This document shows, piece by piece, positions 1-12,542 of a DNA stretch of 56,676 nucleotides (positions are counted from its first letter, which is position 1; each line of letters starts with the position of its first letter). Under the pieces are notes generated by a model, which made no database searches, was not told the DNA's origin, and was given only the letters and a program-made list of their open reading frames with translations. A program made the translations under genes and the position numbers. The stretch spans positions 21,965,998 to 22,022,673 of the forward strand of contig NC_057749.1 in assembly GCF_004010195.1 (NCBI RefSeq), given 5' to 3'. The stretch comes from Chiloscyllium plagiosum. Its lineage: Eukaryota.

Positions 1-547
1 CCTTAGGTCCCTTTGAAATCTTTTCCCCATCTCACCTTAAACCTATGATCTCTAGTCTGGATTCCCCCACCCCAGGGAAAAGACTTTGCCTATTTACCCT
101 ATCCATGCCCCTCATGATGTTATAAACCTCTATAAGGTCACCTCTCAACTGCCAACGCTCCAGGGAAAACATCCCCAGCCTGTTCAGCCTTTTCTTTTTG
201 CTAAAACCCTCCAAACCTGGCAACATCCTTGTAAATCCTTTCTGGACCCTTTCAAGTTTCACAATATTCTTATAATAGGAGGGAGACCAGAATTGCACAC
301 AATACTCCAAAAGTGGCCTAACCAACATCCTGTACAGCCACAACATGACCTCCCACTTCTTATATGCAATGCACTGACCAATAAAGGAAAGCATACCAAA
401 TGCCTTCTTCACTATCCTATCTACCTGCGACTCCACTTTCAAGGAATTATGAACCTGCACCCCAAGATCTCTTTGTTCAGGAACACTCCCCAGGACCTTA
501 TCATTAAGTGTGTAAGTCCTGCCCTGATTGGCTTTCCCAAAATGCAT
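1..547 (-). mobile_element. CR1 LINE, 3' part of ORF2 (runs off window start)
   Basis: ORF 32..571 has LHFGK, QRDLGVQV, LVRPLLEYCVQFWSP, LERVQK, LRGDLIEVY: the post-RT C-terminal region of CR1 ORF2. Confidence 0.95.
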
Positions 548-849
548 CAGAATTGATGATTGATCACTCACAACAGAAATTTGATCACCAGGATCAACAA
601 ATTAATCAGTCAGCGCAGGTAATCAATCACCCATAGCTGAGATTCCAGCACTTAGAACTAAGGAATAGAAACTTGATTCCCTGGAGAGACTCGCAGAATG
701 AATCAGCCAGAACAAAGGATTGATTAAATCTTGCAGAGAGTTCTTGATCCAGAGAAGAGAATTGATCATTTGAACAGAAAATCAATTTCCAAGAACAAAG
801 TCCATCACTCAGAGTGGTGAGTGGATCACCCAGCACATCAGGGCCAGAG

Positions 850-1140
850 TCATTAATCTGGAAGGAGGCTATTTGGCTCATCCAGCCTGTACGGTCAGAT
901 CTTGGCTCCATTTTCCTGTCTGACTCCCATAGCCCTCAACCGGTTTGTGGATTACAAATCCATCTCGCTGTGCCCTGACTACATTCAATGTCCATCACTT
1001 TCTGACGAAGAGAACTCACAAAATGACAACCCTTGGAGAGAGAAAAATATTTCCCTCACCTTAATCTTAAAAGGGAAACCTTTAAGTCTCAAGCCGTCTG
1101 CTGTTGTTCTGGTCTCCCCGACAAACGGAATCATTCTCCC
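850..1140 (-). mobile_element. Old, degenerate CR1 3' fragment
   Basis: Minus reading LRLKGFPFKIKVREIFFSLQG resembles CR1 ORF2 end (L.IRG..FKTE.R.NFFSQRV). Confidence 0.6.
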
Positions 1141-1924
1141 ATCAGGGCCAGGGATTGAACTGTAGCATCTCCTAGCTGCTTCCAGCCCAGAAACCCACCC
1201 CCACTCACAGCAGTCCTGCCCCTGCCCACCTCCCCAATCTGACCACTGTGTCCCCCACCCCCCCACTCCAAACACAGAGGTTCCTGCAACCCCTAATTCT
1301 AGCTCAAACATTGCCAACCCTCGGTCCTGGGCCTTGCCTCTAGGTGTGGATCCATCAGGTTCATTCTGGATCTTATATGTTCAGTCAGGACTCACTGGGA
1401 TCGAGCTCTTGAAATAAGTCCTCCACATTTCCAGAGTTATCTCCAAAAGTGAAAAAAAAGTTTAATCCAGCTATCCCAGGTCTCCAACGGGCCGGACTAA
1501 AAGAAAGCATTCATGAGGTTTGTGTACTTAAAAAGGAACATCACTACATGCTGAACATGTTGCCTTTATCAAATGGCAATTGGGAAATATGAATCATTCA
1601 ATTAAAACGCTACAACTTAAACTCTACCCTTTTCAACAGCCCCTCCCCCTCTCCCCCACTGTTTCACAAACAGACAGACATACACAGAGACATATTAGGG
1701 GTGGAACAAACAAAATTGATCTGGGTGGACCAGTTATTTTTTTTTGGTTTCTTCCAAATTTCTTCCAGCATTTTGCTGCTGACAGGTTTGAGGCTTTCTT
1801 TCCCATGTGGGTTGGGAATTTGTGGTTCCACTCTCTGGGTGCTTCACACTCTCCACTGTTCTTGGGAGCTGGTTTCAAATCCTGGATCTGGAATTAAGAA
1901 TCTAATAATGACTGCGAAACCATT

Positions 1925-2177
1925 CACCGTGGCTCTGTGGTTAGCACTGCTGCCTCACAGCGCCAGGGACCTAGGTTCGATTCCACCCTTGGGTGACTGT
2001 CTGTGTGAAGTTTGCACGTTCTCTGTCTCTGTGAGTGCTCTGGTTTCCTCCCACTGTCCAAAGGTGTGCAGGTTAGGGTCTATTGGAGGTGGGTCTGGGT
2101 GGGATGCTCTTCAGAGGGTTGTTGTGAACTTGATGGGCTGAATGGCCTCTTTCTACACAATAGGGATTCTGTGATTC
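1925..2177 (+). mobile_element. HE1-type V-SINE (internally deleted)
   Basis: tRNA-like head GTGGTTAGCACTGCTGCCTCACAGCGCCAGGGACCTAGGTTCGATTCC, V-domain, CR1-like tail. Confidence 0.9.
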
Positions 2178-2309
2178 TCTTTAAAGGAGCTTTTTTCATT
2201 CTGCAACAGGAGATTTTCAGAAGAAATGTAATTGGAATCATTAGGTATTCTTTTTGACCAGCATGGATACAGTGGGCTGAAGGGCCTTTTTCTGTGGTAC
2301 GACTCTACA

Positions 2310-2897
2310 CCCCTAAAACTGAGCGTTGATGCTCTCTGATCCATAATCTTTGATCCCCTTACCAAACAAGAACCTATGCTTCTCTGCCTTAAATGCACTC
2401 CATGACCTGACCTCCACTGCCGACTGTGGCAATGAGTTCCATAGATTCACCACCCTCTGGCCGAAGGTATTCCTCCTCAGTTCAGTTCTGATGGGTAGTC
2501 CCTTCACTCTGAGGCTGTGCCATGAGGTCCTAGACCTCATGGCACATCTTCTCCCCATCCACTGTGTCCACGCAGCTCAGTATTCTGTAAATTTCAATGA
2601 GCTCCCCCCTCATCATTCCAAATTCCATTGAGTACAGACCCAGAGTCCTCAACCGCTCCTCATATTTCAAGCCCTTCATCCCCGTGACCATTCTTGTAAA
2701 TGTCCTCTGGACCCCCTCCAAGGACAGCACATCTTCCTTAGATACAGGGCCAAAAACCGCTCACAACATTCCAGAAGCGGTCTCACCAGAGGCTTATACA
2801 ACCTCAGCAGTACTCTTGTATTTTAGTCCTTTTGGCATGAATATTAGCATTTAATTTGCTTTCCTAAATGCCAACTCAACCTGCATTTTCACCTCAA
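2310..2897 (-). mobile_element. CR1 LINE 3' fragment
   Basis: ORFs 2530..2730 and 2313..2558: LEGVQRTFTRM, YEERLRTLGLYS, RGELIEIYRIL, QRVVNLWNSLP. Confidence 0.9.
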
Positions 2898-2899
2898 GA

Positions 2900-3210
2900 C
2901 TGTAGAGAGAGTAGATAGGGAGAGGTCTTTCTCATTAGAAGACAGGTCAATATCCAGGACCTTGGATTTAAGGAGCTGAATGTTTAAATAGGAATCTTTT
3001 CATCTCGAGGAGGGTGGGGTATCTGGAGCTGACTGCTTGAAAGGCTAGTGGAGGCAAGATTTCACTCAACACATAAAAAATATTTGGATGATCGTTTGAA
3101 GCACCATAATGCAGAAGGTAATGGGCCAAGTGCTGGAAAATGGGACTAAAGTAGCAAGGTGCTTGATGAGGACTTAATGGGCCGAAGGGCCTCTTTCTGT
3201 GCTGTAAATC
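2900..3210 (+). mobile_element. Degenerate CR1 3' end
   Basis: Tail motif ATGGGCCAAGTGCTGGAAAATGGGACTA...ATGGGCCGAAGGGCCTCTTTCTGTGCTGTA. Confidence 0.8.
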
Positions 3211-3630
3211 TCCAGGCTGAATCTTGCTGATTTTTTGACGCTGTCCAAGTTGTGCTGAATGTGTTTGGAGGGACTTCTACCCATGACACCTAGTGGGAAA
3301 CCTCACTGCATCTCACTGGGGCCGTTCCCAGAACAACACACCATTCATCGGATATCCGCTAAAAGATAGGCATCTGAGCTGTAAGGCAGCTGTTCCACTG
3401 GGGAAATGTTGGCAATCTGTCATTGCTGCTCACCATCAGCTACTAGGCCACAGTTTACCTGGCCTCGCGCATAGTGCATTTAACAGACTCTTTCCCCAAT
3501 GCCACATTCAGGCTCAGCCTGACTGGGTGTCAGCTGAGGGACCATTAAAATCATCAAGATGGGAAGGCCTGCAGCTTTTGAAGACCTTTCCTACTCCAGG
3601 CCAACATCAACCCTCTCAGTATAGGCCATC

Positions 3631-3969
3631 ATTAGAATCAAAGAGCTCCTGCAATACAGGAAGAGGCCATTTGGCCAATCAAGTCCACACCAAATCTCCC
3701 TCCCAGATCCAATCCCGACGCCACCCCATGTAGACCTGCATTTCCTATGGCTAATCCAGCTAGCTTGCACATTATAGGCAATTTCCCACAGCCGCGCCAC
3801 CCTAACCTGTATATCTTTGGATTGTGGGAGGAAACTGGAGCGCCCGGAGGAAACCCACGCAGACATGGGGAGAATGTGCAAACTCCACACAGACAGTTGC
3901 CCGAGGGTGGAATCGAACCCGGGTTCCTGGCACTGTGAGGCAGCAGTGCGAATCATCGAGTCACTGTGC
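3631..3969 (-). mobile_element. HE1-type V-SINE, full length
   Basis: Reverse complement of head, V-domain (GGAGGAAACCCACGCAGACATGGGGAGAATGTGCAAACTCCACACAGAC) and tail. Confidence 0.92.
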
Positions 3970-4837
3970 ACTGACGTGACAGATAATAAACTAATGGTCT
4001 GTGCAACCAACAGGAAGGTGCACATATGATGCTCATCTTTAGCTAGTATTGGTCTTCTGTCACCTCACTGCTGCAGCATCTTTGAGATGTCCATGTTCCA
4101 TTTACAAGCACCAAGAGCATGGTGTAAATCTTAAATTTGATCAGCCTCTGACTGCTGAGTACCCTTACTCTATGTGCATTGCAAATGGGTGATGAAATGA
4201 TGGCAAATTAACTGTAGCTGGGGTTTACGAATGCTTCCTTCCTGCATTCACTCCACAGCATGATGTAAGCAGACATGGATTACACACTATTGCCCATCAG
4301 AATGATTCTGTCCTTACCCAGGGTGGGCATTGTCCCAGTCAGTTGCCAGTCTCACTCCACAGCAAGGGAACAGAAAGTGACGGCTGGGACTGCAGCTGGT
4401 AAGGGACACTGCCAACACTGAGTCCTGCCCAGTCACAGGTAGATCACTACTCCCCATCCCGGAGCCAGCACTCCCCCTTTTACTTCCCATTTCAGCCAAC
4501 GCTCCCTCACATAGAAAGCAACCACATTGAACATTGGCTCCACCTGCACCCCCAGAGCCCATTACAACTCTTCACCCTGACTCTACACCCACGCTGTTCC
4601 TTCAGGTGATGGGCACTGACCCTCTAGTACTGTTCCACTTCCCCTAACCCCAAAACCACCTTCATCTTGAAAATATCCCAAGCAATGATATTATCCCCAC
4701 CAAACAGCACCCTCTCGCAATCCCACCGTACACAACCTTTGCCTCACCCCCTTCACCCAGGACTGTCTGACCAGCCTCAGTGGGCAGTTACTGGACACAA
4801 CAGAGCAGCTCACAAACCATCAGAACATGGTCCCCAC

Positions 4838-6595
4838 AACAGCACTGACCGCTGCCCACTCCCTGTCTGCTGACCCTACAGCACTGGCCACTGCCCAGTC
4901 CCTGCCTGCTGACCCTACAGCACTGACCACTGCCCTCTCCCTGCATGCTGACCCTACAGCACTGGCCACTGCCCAGTCCCTGCCTGCTGACCCTACAGCA
5001 CTGACCACTGCACTCTCCCTGCCCACTGACCCTACAGCACTGATCACTGCCCACTCCCTGCCTGCTGACCCTATAGCACAGATCTCTGCCCTCTCCCTGC
5101 CTTTTGATTCTACAGCACTGACCACTGCCCACTCCCTGCCTGCTGACCCTACAGCACTGACCACTGCCCACTCCCTGCCTTCTGACTCTACAGCACTGCC
5201 CACTGCCCACTCCCTGCCTGCTGACCCTACAGCACTGCCCACTGCCCACTCCCTGCCTGCAGACCCTACGGCACTGACCGCTACCCACTCCCTGCCTGCT
5301 GACCCTACAGCACTGACCACTGCACTCTCCCTGCCCACTGACCCTACAGCACTGACCACTGCCCTCTCCCTGCCTGCTGACCCTGCAGCACTGACCACTG
5401 TCCTCTCACTACCCGCTGACCCTACAGAGCTGACCTCTCCCTGCCTGCTGACCATACAGCACTGACCACTGACCACTTCCTGCCTGCTGACCCTACAGCA
5501 CTGACCACTGCCACTCCCTGCCCGCTGATCCGACAGCACTGACCACTGCCTTCTCCCTGCCTGCTGACCCTTCAGCACTGACCACCACCCACTCCCTGCC
5601 TGCTGACCCTACAGCACTGACCACTGCCCACTCCTTGCTTGCAGACCCTACAGCACTGACCACTGCCCTCTCCCTGCCTGCTGGCCCTACAACACTGACA
5701 CTACCCACAGCCTGCCTGCTGACCCTACAGCACACACCACTGCCCACTTCCTGCCTGCTGATCCTGTAGCACTGACCGCTGCCCACTCCCTGCCTGCTGA
5801 CCCTACAGCACTGACCACTGCCCACTCCCTGCCCGCTGATATGGCAGCACTGACCACTGCCCACTCCCTGCCCGCTGATATGGCAGCAGTGACCACTCCC
5901 CACTCCCTGCCTGCTGGCCCTACAGCACTAACCACTACCCACACCCTGCCTGCTGACCCTACAGCACTCACCACTGCCCACTCCCTGCCTGCTGACCCTA
6001 CAGCACTCACCACTGCCCACTCCTTGCCTGCTGACCCTGTAGCACTGACCGCTGCCCACTCCCTGCCTGCTGACTCTACAGAACTGACCACTGCCCACTC
6101 CCTGCCTGCTGACCCTACAGCACTGACCATTGCCCACTCCCTACCTGCTGACTCTACAGCACTGACCACTGCCCACTCCCTACCTGCTGACCCTACAGCA
6201 CTGACCACTGCCCACTCCTTGCCTGCTGACCCTACAGCACTGCCCACTGCCCACTCCCTGCCCGCTGATATGGCAGCACTGACCACTGCCCTCTCCCTGC
6301 CTGCTGACCCTACAGCACTGACCACTGCCCTCTCCCTGCCTGCTGACCCTACAGCACTGACCGCTGCTCTCTGTCTGCCCACTGACCCTACAGCACTGAC
6401 CACTACCCACTTCCTGCCCACTGACCCTACGCCACTAACCATTGCCCTCTCCCTGCCCGCTGACCCTACAGCACTGACCACTGCCCTCTCCCTGCCTGCT
6501 GACCCTACAGCGCTGACCACTGCCTGCTGACCCTACGGCACTGACCATTGCCCTCTCCCTGCCTGCTGACCCTACAGCACTGCCCGTTCCCTACC
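4838..6595. repeat. 39-bp minisatellite, about 45 units
   Basis: Unit ACAGCACTGACCACTGCCCACTCCCTGCCTGCTGACCCT in tandem with point variants and a few indels (~5430-5515, ~5700, ~6520). Confidence 0.98.
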
Positions 6596-6889
6596 CTGGA
6601 ATGGATTGCTTGACAGTGAGCATCCCAACCAGAGATCTGACCAGCTCCAGGCTCCCAGACTTTGCCCATGTCTGAGGTCTCCAGCACACCCTGACCAACA
6701 GTCACCTCCTCCCCCTCGCCACGCTGTCTGATTGACCCCTCTCAGTTTCTTTCGGGACAATTTTGTTTGAATGAATGTGCCATCTGTTTGCCACACAGGA
6801 TGCTGGTACCCGCTCTCACTGTTACATTGGCATTGCAGTGTGCTGAACAGCAAGACCACCCTGACCCCCTTGGTGAGACCTCTGCTGCT

Positions 6890-7302
6890 TGGCTGGAACT
6901 TTCTTCCCTGGAGCGTACGAGGTTGATGGGTGACCTAATAGAGGTTTATAAAATCATGAGGAGTATAGCTAGGTTGATCAGCAGGCATCATTTCCCAAGA
7001 GTGGGGGATTTCAAGACTAGAGGGAATACTTTTACGGTGCGAGAAGAGAGATTTGTAAAAGGTATGAGGGCCATTTTATTTTACACAGAGAGCAGTTTGT
7101 ATGTGGAATGAACTTTCAGAGGAAGTGATGGATGTAGATGCAGTTGCAACATTTGAAAGACATTTGGATAAGTCCATGAATAGGAAAGGTTTGAAGTGAT
7201 ATGGGCCAAACACAGGCAGGTGGGACTGGTTTTGTTTGGGATTATGGTCAGTGTGGACTGGATGGAGTGAAAGGTCTATTTCCCTGCTGTATGACTCTAT
7301 GA
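6890..7302 (+). mobile_element. CR1 LINE 3' end
   Basis: SLERTRLMGDLIEVYKIMR...; ends GCTGTATGACTCTATGAC. Confidence 0.92.
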
Positions 7303-7453
7303 CAAGCAGCCTGAATGTGTATGTGTGTCTGTGCAAAAGAGCACATCTACAGCCTCTTGCTGCGGTTGACCCACTAAGGCACAGGAATGGCACAGCAAGG
7401 TGAGACATGGATGCTGGGAACGCGCAAGTTGACACTAAGACAACAGGTGCTAA

Positions 7454-7687
7454 GAGTCATAGAATCATAGAGATGTACAGCATAGAAGCAGACCCCTAGG
7501 TCCAGCTCATCCATGCTGACCAGATATCCCAAGCCAATCTAGTCCCATTTGCCAGCACTTGGCCCATATTTCTCTAAACTCTTCATATTCATATATCCAG
7601 GTGCCTTTTAAATGTTGTAATTGTACCAGCTTCCACCACTTCCTCTGGCAGCTCATTCCATACACGCACTACCCTCTGGGTGAAAAG
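7454..7687 (-). mobile_element. CR1 LINE 3' end, 5'-truncated
   Basis: GAGTCATAGAATCATAGAGATGTACAGCATAG tail plus 3'UTR/ORF2 end matching other copies in the window. Confidence 0.92.
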
Positions 7688-7835
7688 CGAGCGAGCGAAC
7701 AGTTCTGAGATGCAACCTGGTTCGCTCTGTCAGCTGGGAGCCTCTCCTTGGGGTTGGTCATTCAATGCCAGTTACCACTGGGCACTGCAACACGAGTCTG
7801 TCCTTCCTCAGCCAGTGTATCAGAGAGGTGCCAAG

Positions 7836-8184
7836 ATCATCATAACGGCACACAAACCAACAGCCACGCTCAGACAACAACTCACCAGAACGAAGGACCC
7901 GATACCCAACATGAGCAAGACGAATGTAGTGTACAAAATACCATGCAAGGACTGCACTAAACACTATATAGGACAAACAGGAAGACAGCCAGCAATCCGC
8001 ATACATGAACATCAACTAACCACGAAGTGACACGACCAGCTATCCTTTGTAGCCACACACGCAGACAACAAGCAACATACAAAAGGATCTTGATGAAACG
8101 GGTCAATAGACTGATAAATAGCAGATTCGGCGAACAGAACCACAACAACGAGCACCCGAGCTACAAATCTTCGCACAAACTTTG
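7836..8184 (+). mobile_element. Penelope-like element fragment with GIY-YIG endonuclease
   Basis: TAHKPTATLRQQL..KDP..NVVYKIPCKDCTKHYIGQTGR..RIHEH, a Penelope GIY-YIG motif; end GAGCTACAAATCTTC is shared with 44230-44515. Confidence 0.92.
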
Positions 8185-8452
8185 ATCATCATGAGAATTG
8201 GCACATGCAGAATGCCAGCATCCATGTAGAAGGGTCTGGCGTGTGTGTGTGTGTGTGTGAGGAACTGGTGCCTTTGGATAGTCATATGGAGGTGATTGGG
8301 AAGAAGTGGTGAGATGATGGAGAGTATCCGGTACCTACTCCGGTTTCCATGGTGACTTTCCTTGATGTCGACATTGTTTGGTAATCTAGACATTTATTAT
8401 CTCCCTTAATCATCTCCCTTATGTCATACCCTGGACTGACTATCGAGAAAGT

Positions 8453-8752
8453 TGCGTGGTGGCTCAGTGTTCAGCACTGCTGCCTCACAGCACCCGGATC
8501 CCAGGTTCGATTCCAGGTCAACTGTCTGTGTGGAGTTTGCCCATTCTTCCCGTGTCTGCGTGGGTTTCCTCCGGGTGCTCCGGTTTCCTCCCACGGTCCA
8601 AAGATGTGCAGGTCAGGGTGGATTGGCCATACTAAATTGCCCATAGTGTTAGGTGCATCAGTCACAGGGAAATGGGTCTGGGTGGGTTCCTCTTCAGAGG
8701 GTCGGTGTGGACTGGTTGGGCCGAACGGTTTCCACACTGTAGCGAATCTAAT
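8453..8752 (+). mobile_element. HE1-type V-SINE
   Basis: Head, V-domain and tail ending CACACTGTAGCGAATCTAA. Confidence 0.92.
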
Positions 8753-8919
8753 TTTTTAAAAAAGTCACTGCAGAGTGAAGCGAGGTGCTCCCATCATTGA
8801 GATCCACCTCACAGGATTTCTTGTCTGATTCTGGGACAAATCTTGCCGTAGCCCACATGACTCAAACCCTGATCAGGTTCCACCATGCGTCTCTGTGACT
8901 CTAACTCAACAAGGCCTCT

Positions 8920-9215
8920 CGGACAACACCTCCAAAACTTACAATCATGACTGTCTAGAAGAGCAAGTGCAGCAGATACATAGGAACACCATCACCTACA
9001 AATCCACTCACTATCCTGACTTGGAAATATCTTGACATTCCTTCAGTGTCGATGGGTCAAAATCCTGGAACTCTGTCCCTAATGGCATTATGGGGGTCCC
9101 TACATTTCAAGGACTGAGCTTGTTCAAGAAGGCATCTGAGCAGCACCTTCTCAATTAGAGGTGAATAATTATTGCTGGGCCAGCCAGCAGTCACCACATC
9201 CTGTTAATGAATACA
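8920..9215 (+). mobile_element. 3' end of a second, older CR1/L2-group LINE family
   Basis: CTATCCTGACTTGGAAATATC...CAAAATCCTGGAACTC...TTCAAGAAGGCA also occurs at ~21790-22420 (+), 46765-46930 (-) and 50545-50690 (+). Confidence 0.7.
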
Positions 9216-9451
9216 GTTTTTAAATATCGCAGAAACTGACCTACGTCTATCAACAAAAATAACACGAGAAAAGCATGAGAGATAAAAAATCCAAGTTGCT
9301 TCTTCAAGAAGTAACCCAATACAACATTGTCCAGAGTTCTATACTGATTCTTCTGCTACCCTTGGCTATTGATTCAATTTTCTCATCAGACCAGGAGGAG
9401 GAATTTTGGTCCCTTTGTCCCTCTGCTATTGAGTTGGACTATGGCTGATTG

Positions 9452-10183
9452 ATCATAGAGTCATGGAGTTATACAGCATGGAAACAGACCCGTCAGTCCA
9501 ACTCATCCATGCTTACCAGATAACCTAGTCCCATTTGCCAGCACTTGGCCCACATCCCTACAAACCCTTCCTATTCATACACCCATCCATATGCCTTTTG
9601 CATGTTGTATTTGTACCAGCCTCCACCACATCCTCTGGCAGCTCATTCCACACACGCACCACCGTCTGTGTGAAAAAGTTTCCCCTTAGGCCGGTTTTAA
9701 ATCTCTCCGCTCCCACTTTAAACCTATGCCCTCTAGTTTGGACTCCCCCACACCTGGGAAAAAAGCTTTGGTTATTTACCCTATCCATGCCCCTCATGAT
9801 TTTATAAACCTCGATTAGGTCACCCCTCACCTTTGACGCTCCAGGGAAAACAGCACCAGCCTATTCAGCCTCTCCCGATAGCTCAAAGCCTCCAACCCTG
9901 GCAAAATCCTTGCAAATCTTTTCTGAACCCTTTCAAGTTTCAAAACATCCTTCCTATACGAAGGAGATCAGAATTGAATGCAGTATTCCAAATGTGACCG
10001 AACCAATATCCTGTACAACCACAATATGACCTCCTAACTCCTGTACTCAATGCCCTGACCAATAAAGGAAAGCATACCAAATGCCTTCTTCACCATCCTA
10101 TCTACCTGCAACTCCACTTTCAAGGAACTATGAACCTGCATTCCAAGGTCTGTTTGTTCAGCAACACTCCCCAAGACCCTATC
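9452..10183 (-). mobile_element. CR1 LINE 3' ~730 bp
   Basis: RGDLIEVYKIMRGMDRV...NFFTQ.VVRVWNELP; ATCATAGAGTCAT tail. Confidence 0.95.
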
Positions 10184-10189
10184 ATTCAC

Positions 10190-11201
10190 AGTAAAACTTC
10201 ACCAACACTTTCCATCCCGAATTCAAATTCACCTGGACCATTTTGGACACCTCCATCCCCTTCCTGGACCTCTCCATCACCCTCTCCGGTGACCAACTCC
10301 CACAGACACTGAGACTACACCTCCTCCCAGCCAACCTCCTGTAAAAACGTCATCCTCATTCCCAATTCCTCCACCTCCGCTGCATCTGTTCCCAGGATGA
10401 CCAGTTCCACCATAGAACAGCCCAAATGGTCTCCTTCTTCAAATTTCCGCTCCCACGTGGTCGACGATGCCCTCCGGTGCATCTCTTCCACTTCCCACAC
10501 CTCCGTCCTCAAACCCCACCCTTCCAAACGCAACAAGGAAAGAACTTTCCACCCCACCGACCTCTGCAAACATCACATCAGCCTCTGTCACTTCTGCCAC
10601 TTGCAAACAGACCTCACCACTAGGATATATTTCCCTCTCCACCCCTATCAGCGCTCTGGAGAGACCATTCCCTTCGCAACTACCTCGTCAGATCCACCCC
10701 CACCCACCCCCATCCCCACACCAACCCACAGCTGACTCCCGGCACCTTCCTCTGCTACCTGCACCCACACCTTCCCCCTCACCTCTGTCCAAGGCAGAAA
10801 TTTACCTGTACCTCCACCAATGTCATCTACTATATCCGTTGCACCCAATGTGGTCTCATCAACATCAAGGAGGCAGGACGCCAACTTGCGCGTAATTTCA
10901 GAGAACATCTCTGGGACACCCATGGCTGAGCACTTCAACTCCCCCCCCACTCCATCAAAGACATGCAGGTCCTGGGCCTCCTCCATCACCAAACCCTGAC
11001 CACCAAACGCCTGGATGCTGAATGCCTCATCTTCCGCCTTGGGACCCTGCAATCACATGGGATCAATGTGGATTTCACCAGTTTCCTCATTTCCCCTCTC
11101 CCCATCTTATCCCAGTTCCAAGCCTCCAACTCGACATCGCCATCTTGACCTGCCCATCACCTTTCCTTTTCCAGCACCACACTCTCTCTGACTCTCCAGC
11201 A
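10190..11201 (+). mobile_element. Degenerate Penelope-like element (RT C-terminus plus GIY-YIG), runs into gap
   Basis: TCACCTGGACC...CCTTCCTGGACCTCTC (FTW..PFLDL); NVIYYIRCTQCG at ~10819; R.L..F.EHL; many frameshifts. Confidence 0.85.
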
Positions 11202-11701
11202 NNNNNNNNNNNNNNNNNNNNNNNNNNNNNNNNNNNNNNNNNNNNNNNNNNNNNNNNNNNNNNNNNNNNNNNNNNNNNNNNNNNNNNNNNNNNNNNNNNN
11301 NNNNNNNNNNNNNNNNNNNNNNNNNNNNNNNNNNNNNNNNNNNNNNNNNNNNNNNNNNNNNNNNNNNNNNNNNNNNNNNNNNNNNNNNNNNNNNNNNNNN
11401 NNNNNNNNNNNNNNNNNNNNNNNNNNNNNNNNNNNNNNNNNNNNNNNNNNNNNNNNNNNNNNNNNNNNNNNNNNNNNNNNNNNNNNNNNNNNNNNNNNNN
11501 NNNNNNNNNNNNNNNNNNNNNNNNNNNNNNNNNNNNNNNNNNNNNNNNNNNNNNNNNNNNNNNNNNNNNNNNNNNNNNNNNNNNNNNNNNNNNNNNNNNN
11601 NNNNNNNNNNNNNNNNNNNNNNNNNNNNNNNNNNNNNNNNNNNNNNNNNNNNNNNNNNNNNNNNNNNNNNNNNNNNNNNNNNNNNNNNNNNNNNNNNNNN
11701 N
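11202..11701. other. Assembly gap (500 N)
   Basis: Run of N. Confidence 1.
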
Positions 11702-11835
11702 AGAGGCAGAAACCCTCATCACTTTGAAGAAGGATTTAGATGTGCACTTGCTATTCCAAGGCAAGTGCTGGAACATGGGATTAGAATAGTTAGGTGGTCG
11801 TTCTTGACCAGCATGGATGCGATGGGCTGAAGGGC
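11702..11835 (+). mobile_element. CR1 3' end fragment
   Basis: EAETLITLKKDLD followed by tail GATGGGCTGAAGGGC. Confidence 0.75.
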
Positions 11836-12179
11836 GTGGGCATGGATGAGTTGACCTAAGGATCTATTCTCCTTGCTGCCCACCTCAGTGTGTCTGTGTA
11901 GACTGTGAACCCAGTCTCCAGTGGACGAACCCTGGGCTTTGGACACGGGGAGTTTGAGAGACTGACAAACAGGGGCTGATTGAACAGAGCGTTCAGTGAC
12001 TCCCCATCACTGAGGCTTTGCCCCTTGTGCTGCCCCCATCCCCCCCCCATCCCCCACACACCGCCTGACCCAGCCAATCAGAGACTAACTCCTGACCATT
12101 GCTCGACAGCGCCAGTGAGAGTGCTGGCAGCTCTTGGTAATGCACCCAGGGAGAGGTCCAGTCATAACAAGTCTTTTTA

Positions 12180-12542
12180 AAAATTTTATTCACTCAGAGG
12201 ATGTGGGTTTTGTTGGCTCTGTCAGCATTTATTGCCTATCCCTAATTACCCAGAAGGCAGTTAAGAGTCAACCACATTGCTGTGGGTCTGGGGTCACATG
12301 TAGGCCAGACCAGGTCAGGATGGCAGTTTCCATCCCAGAAGGACATTGGAGACCCAGTTGGGTTTTTCAAACAATCGACAATGGTTTCTGGATCATCATT
12401 GGACTCTTAGTTCCAGAATTATTACTGAATTAAAATTCCACCCTCTGCCATAGCAGGATTCAAACACAGGTCCCCAGGACATTATCTAGGCCTTTGGATT
12501 AACAGTCCAGCAGCTATAACCACAAGGCCATTCGCTCCTCCC
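12180..12542 (-). mobile_element. tRNA-headed SINE, second family
   Basis: Minus strand has A/B-box-like head (GTGGTTATAGC...GTTTGAATCC). Body matches 44875-45215; tail resembles the LINE end at 8920-9215. Confidence 0.8.

Noticed and set aside
4788..6520. Cys-rich QCCRVSRQGVGSG (keratin-associated-like) and AVVSAVGSAGREW ORFs
   Set aside because: Antisense frames of the 39-bp minisatellite, broken by stops and indels, with no unique N- or C-terminus.
4838..6595. Regular repeats as a CRISPR-like array (also 54564-55116)
   Set aside because: Head-to-tail units without unique spacers, no cas genes, vertebrate context.
3214..8885. Possible ancient Harbinger-type transposon underlying the unique-looking DNA around the minisatellite
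   Set aside because: Only faint resemblance (e.g. minus VRVVLLFSTLQ near 6850); no matching TIR pair, TSD or DDE motif could be shown by eye.
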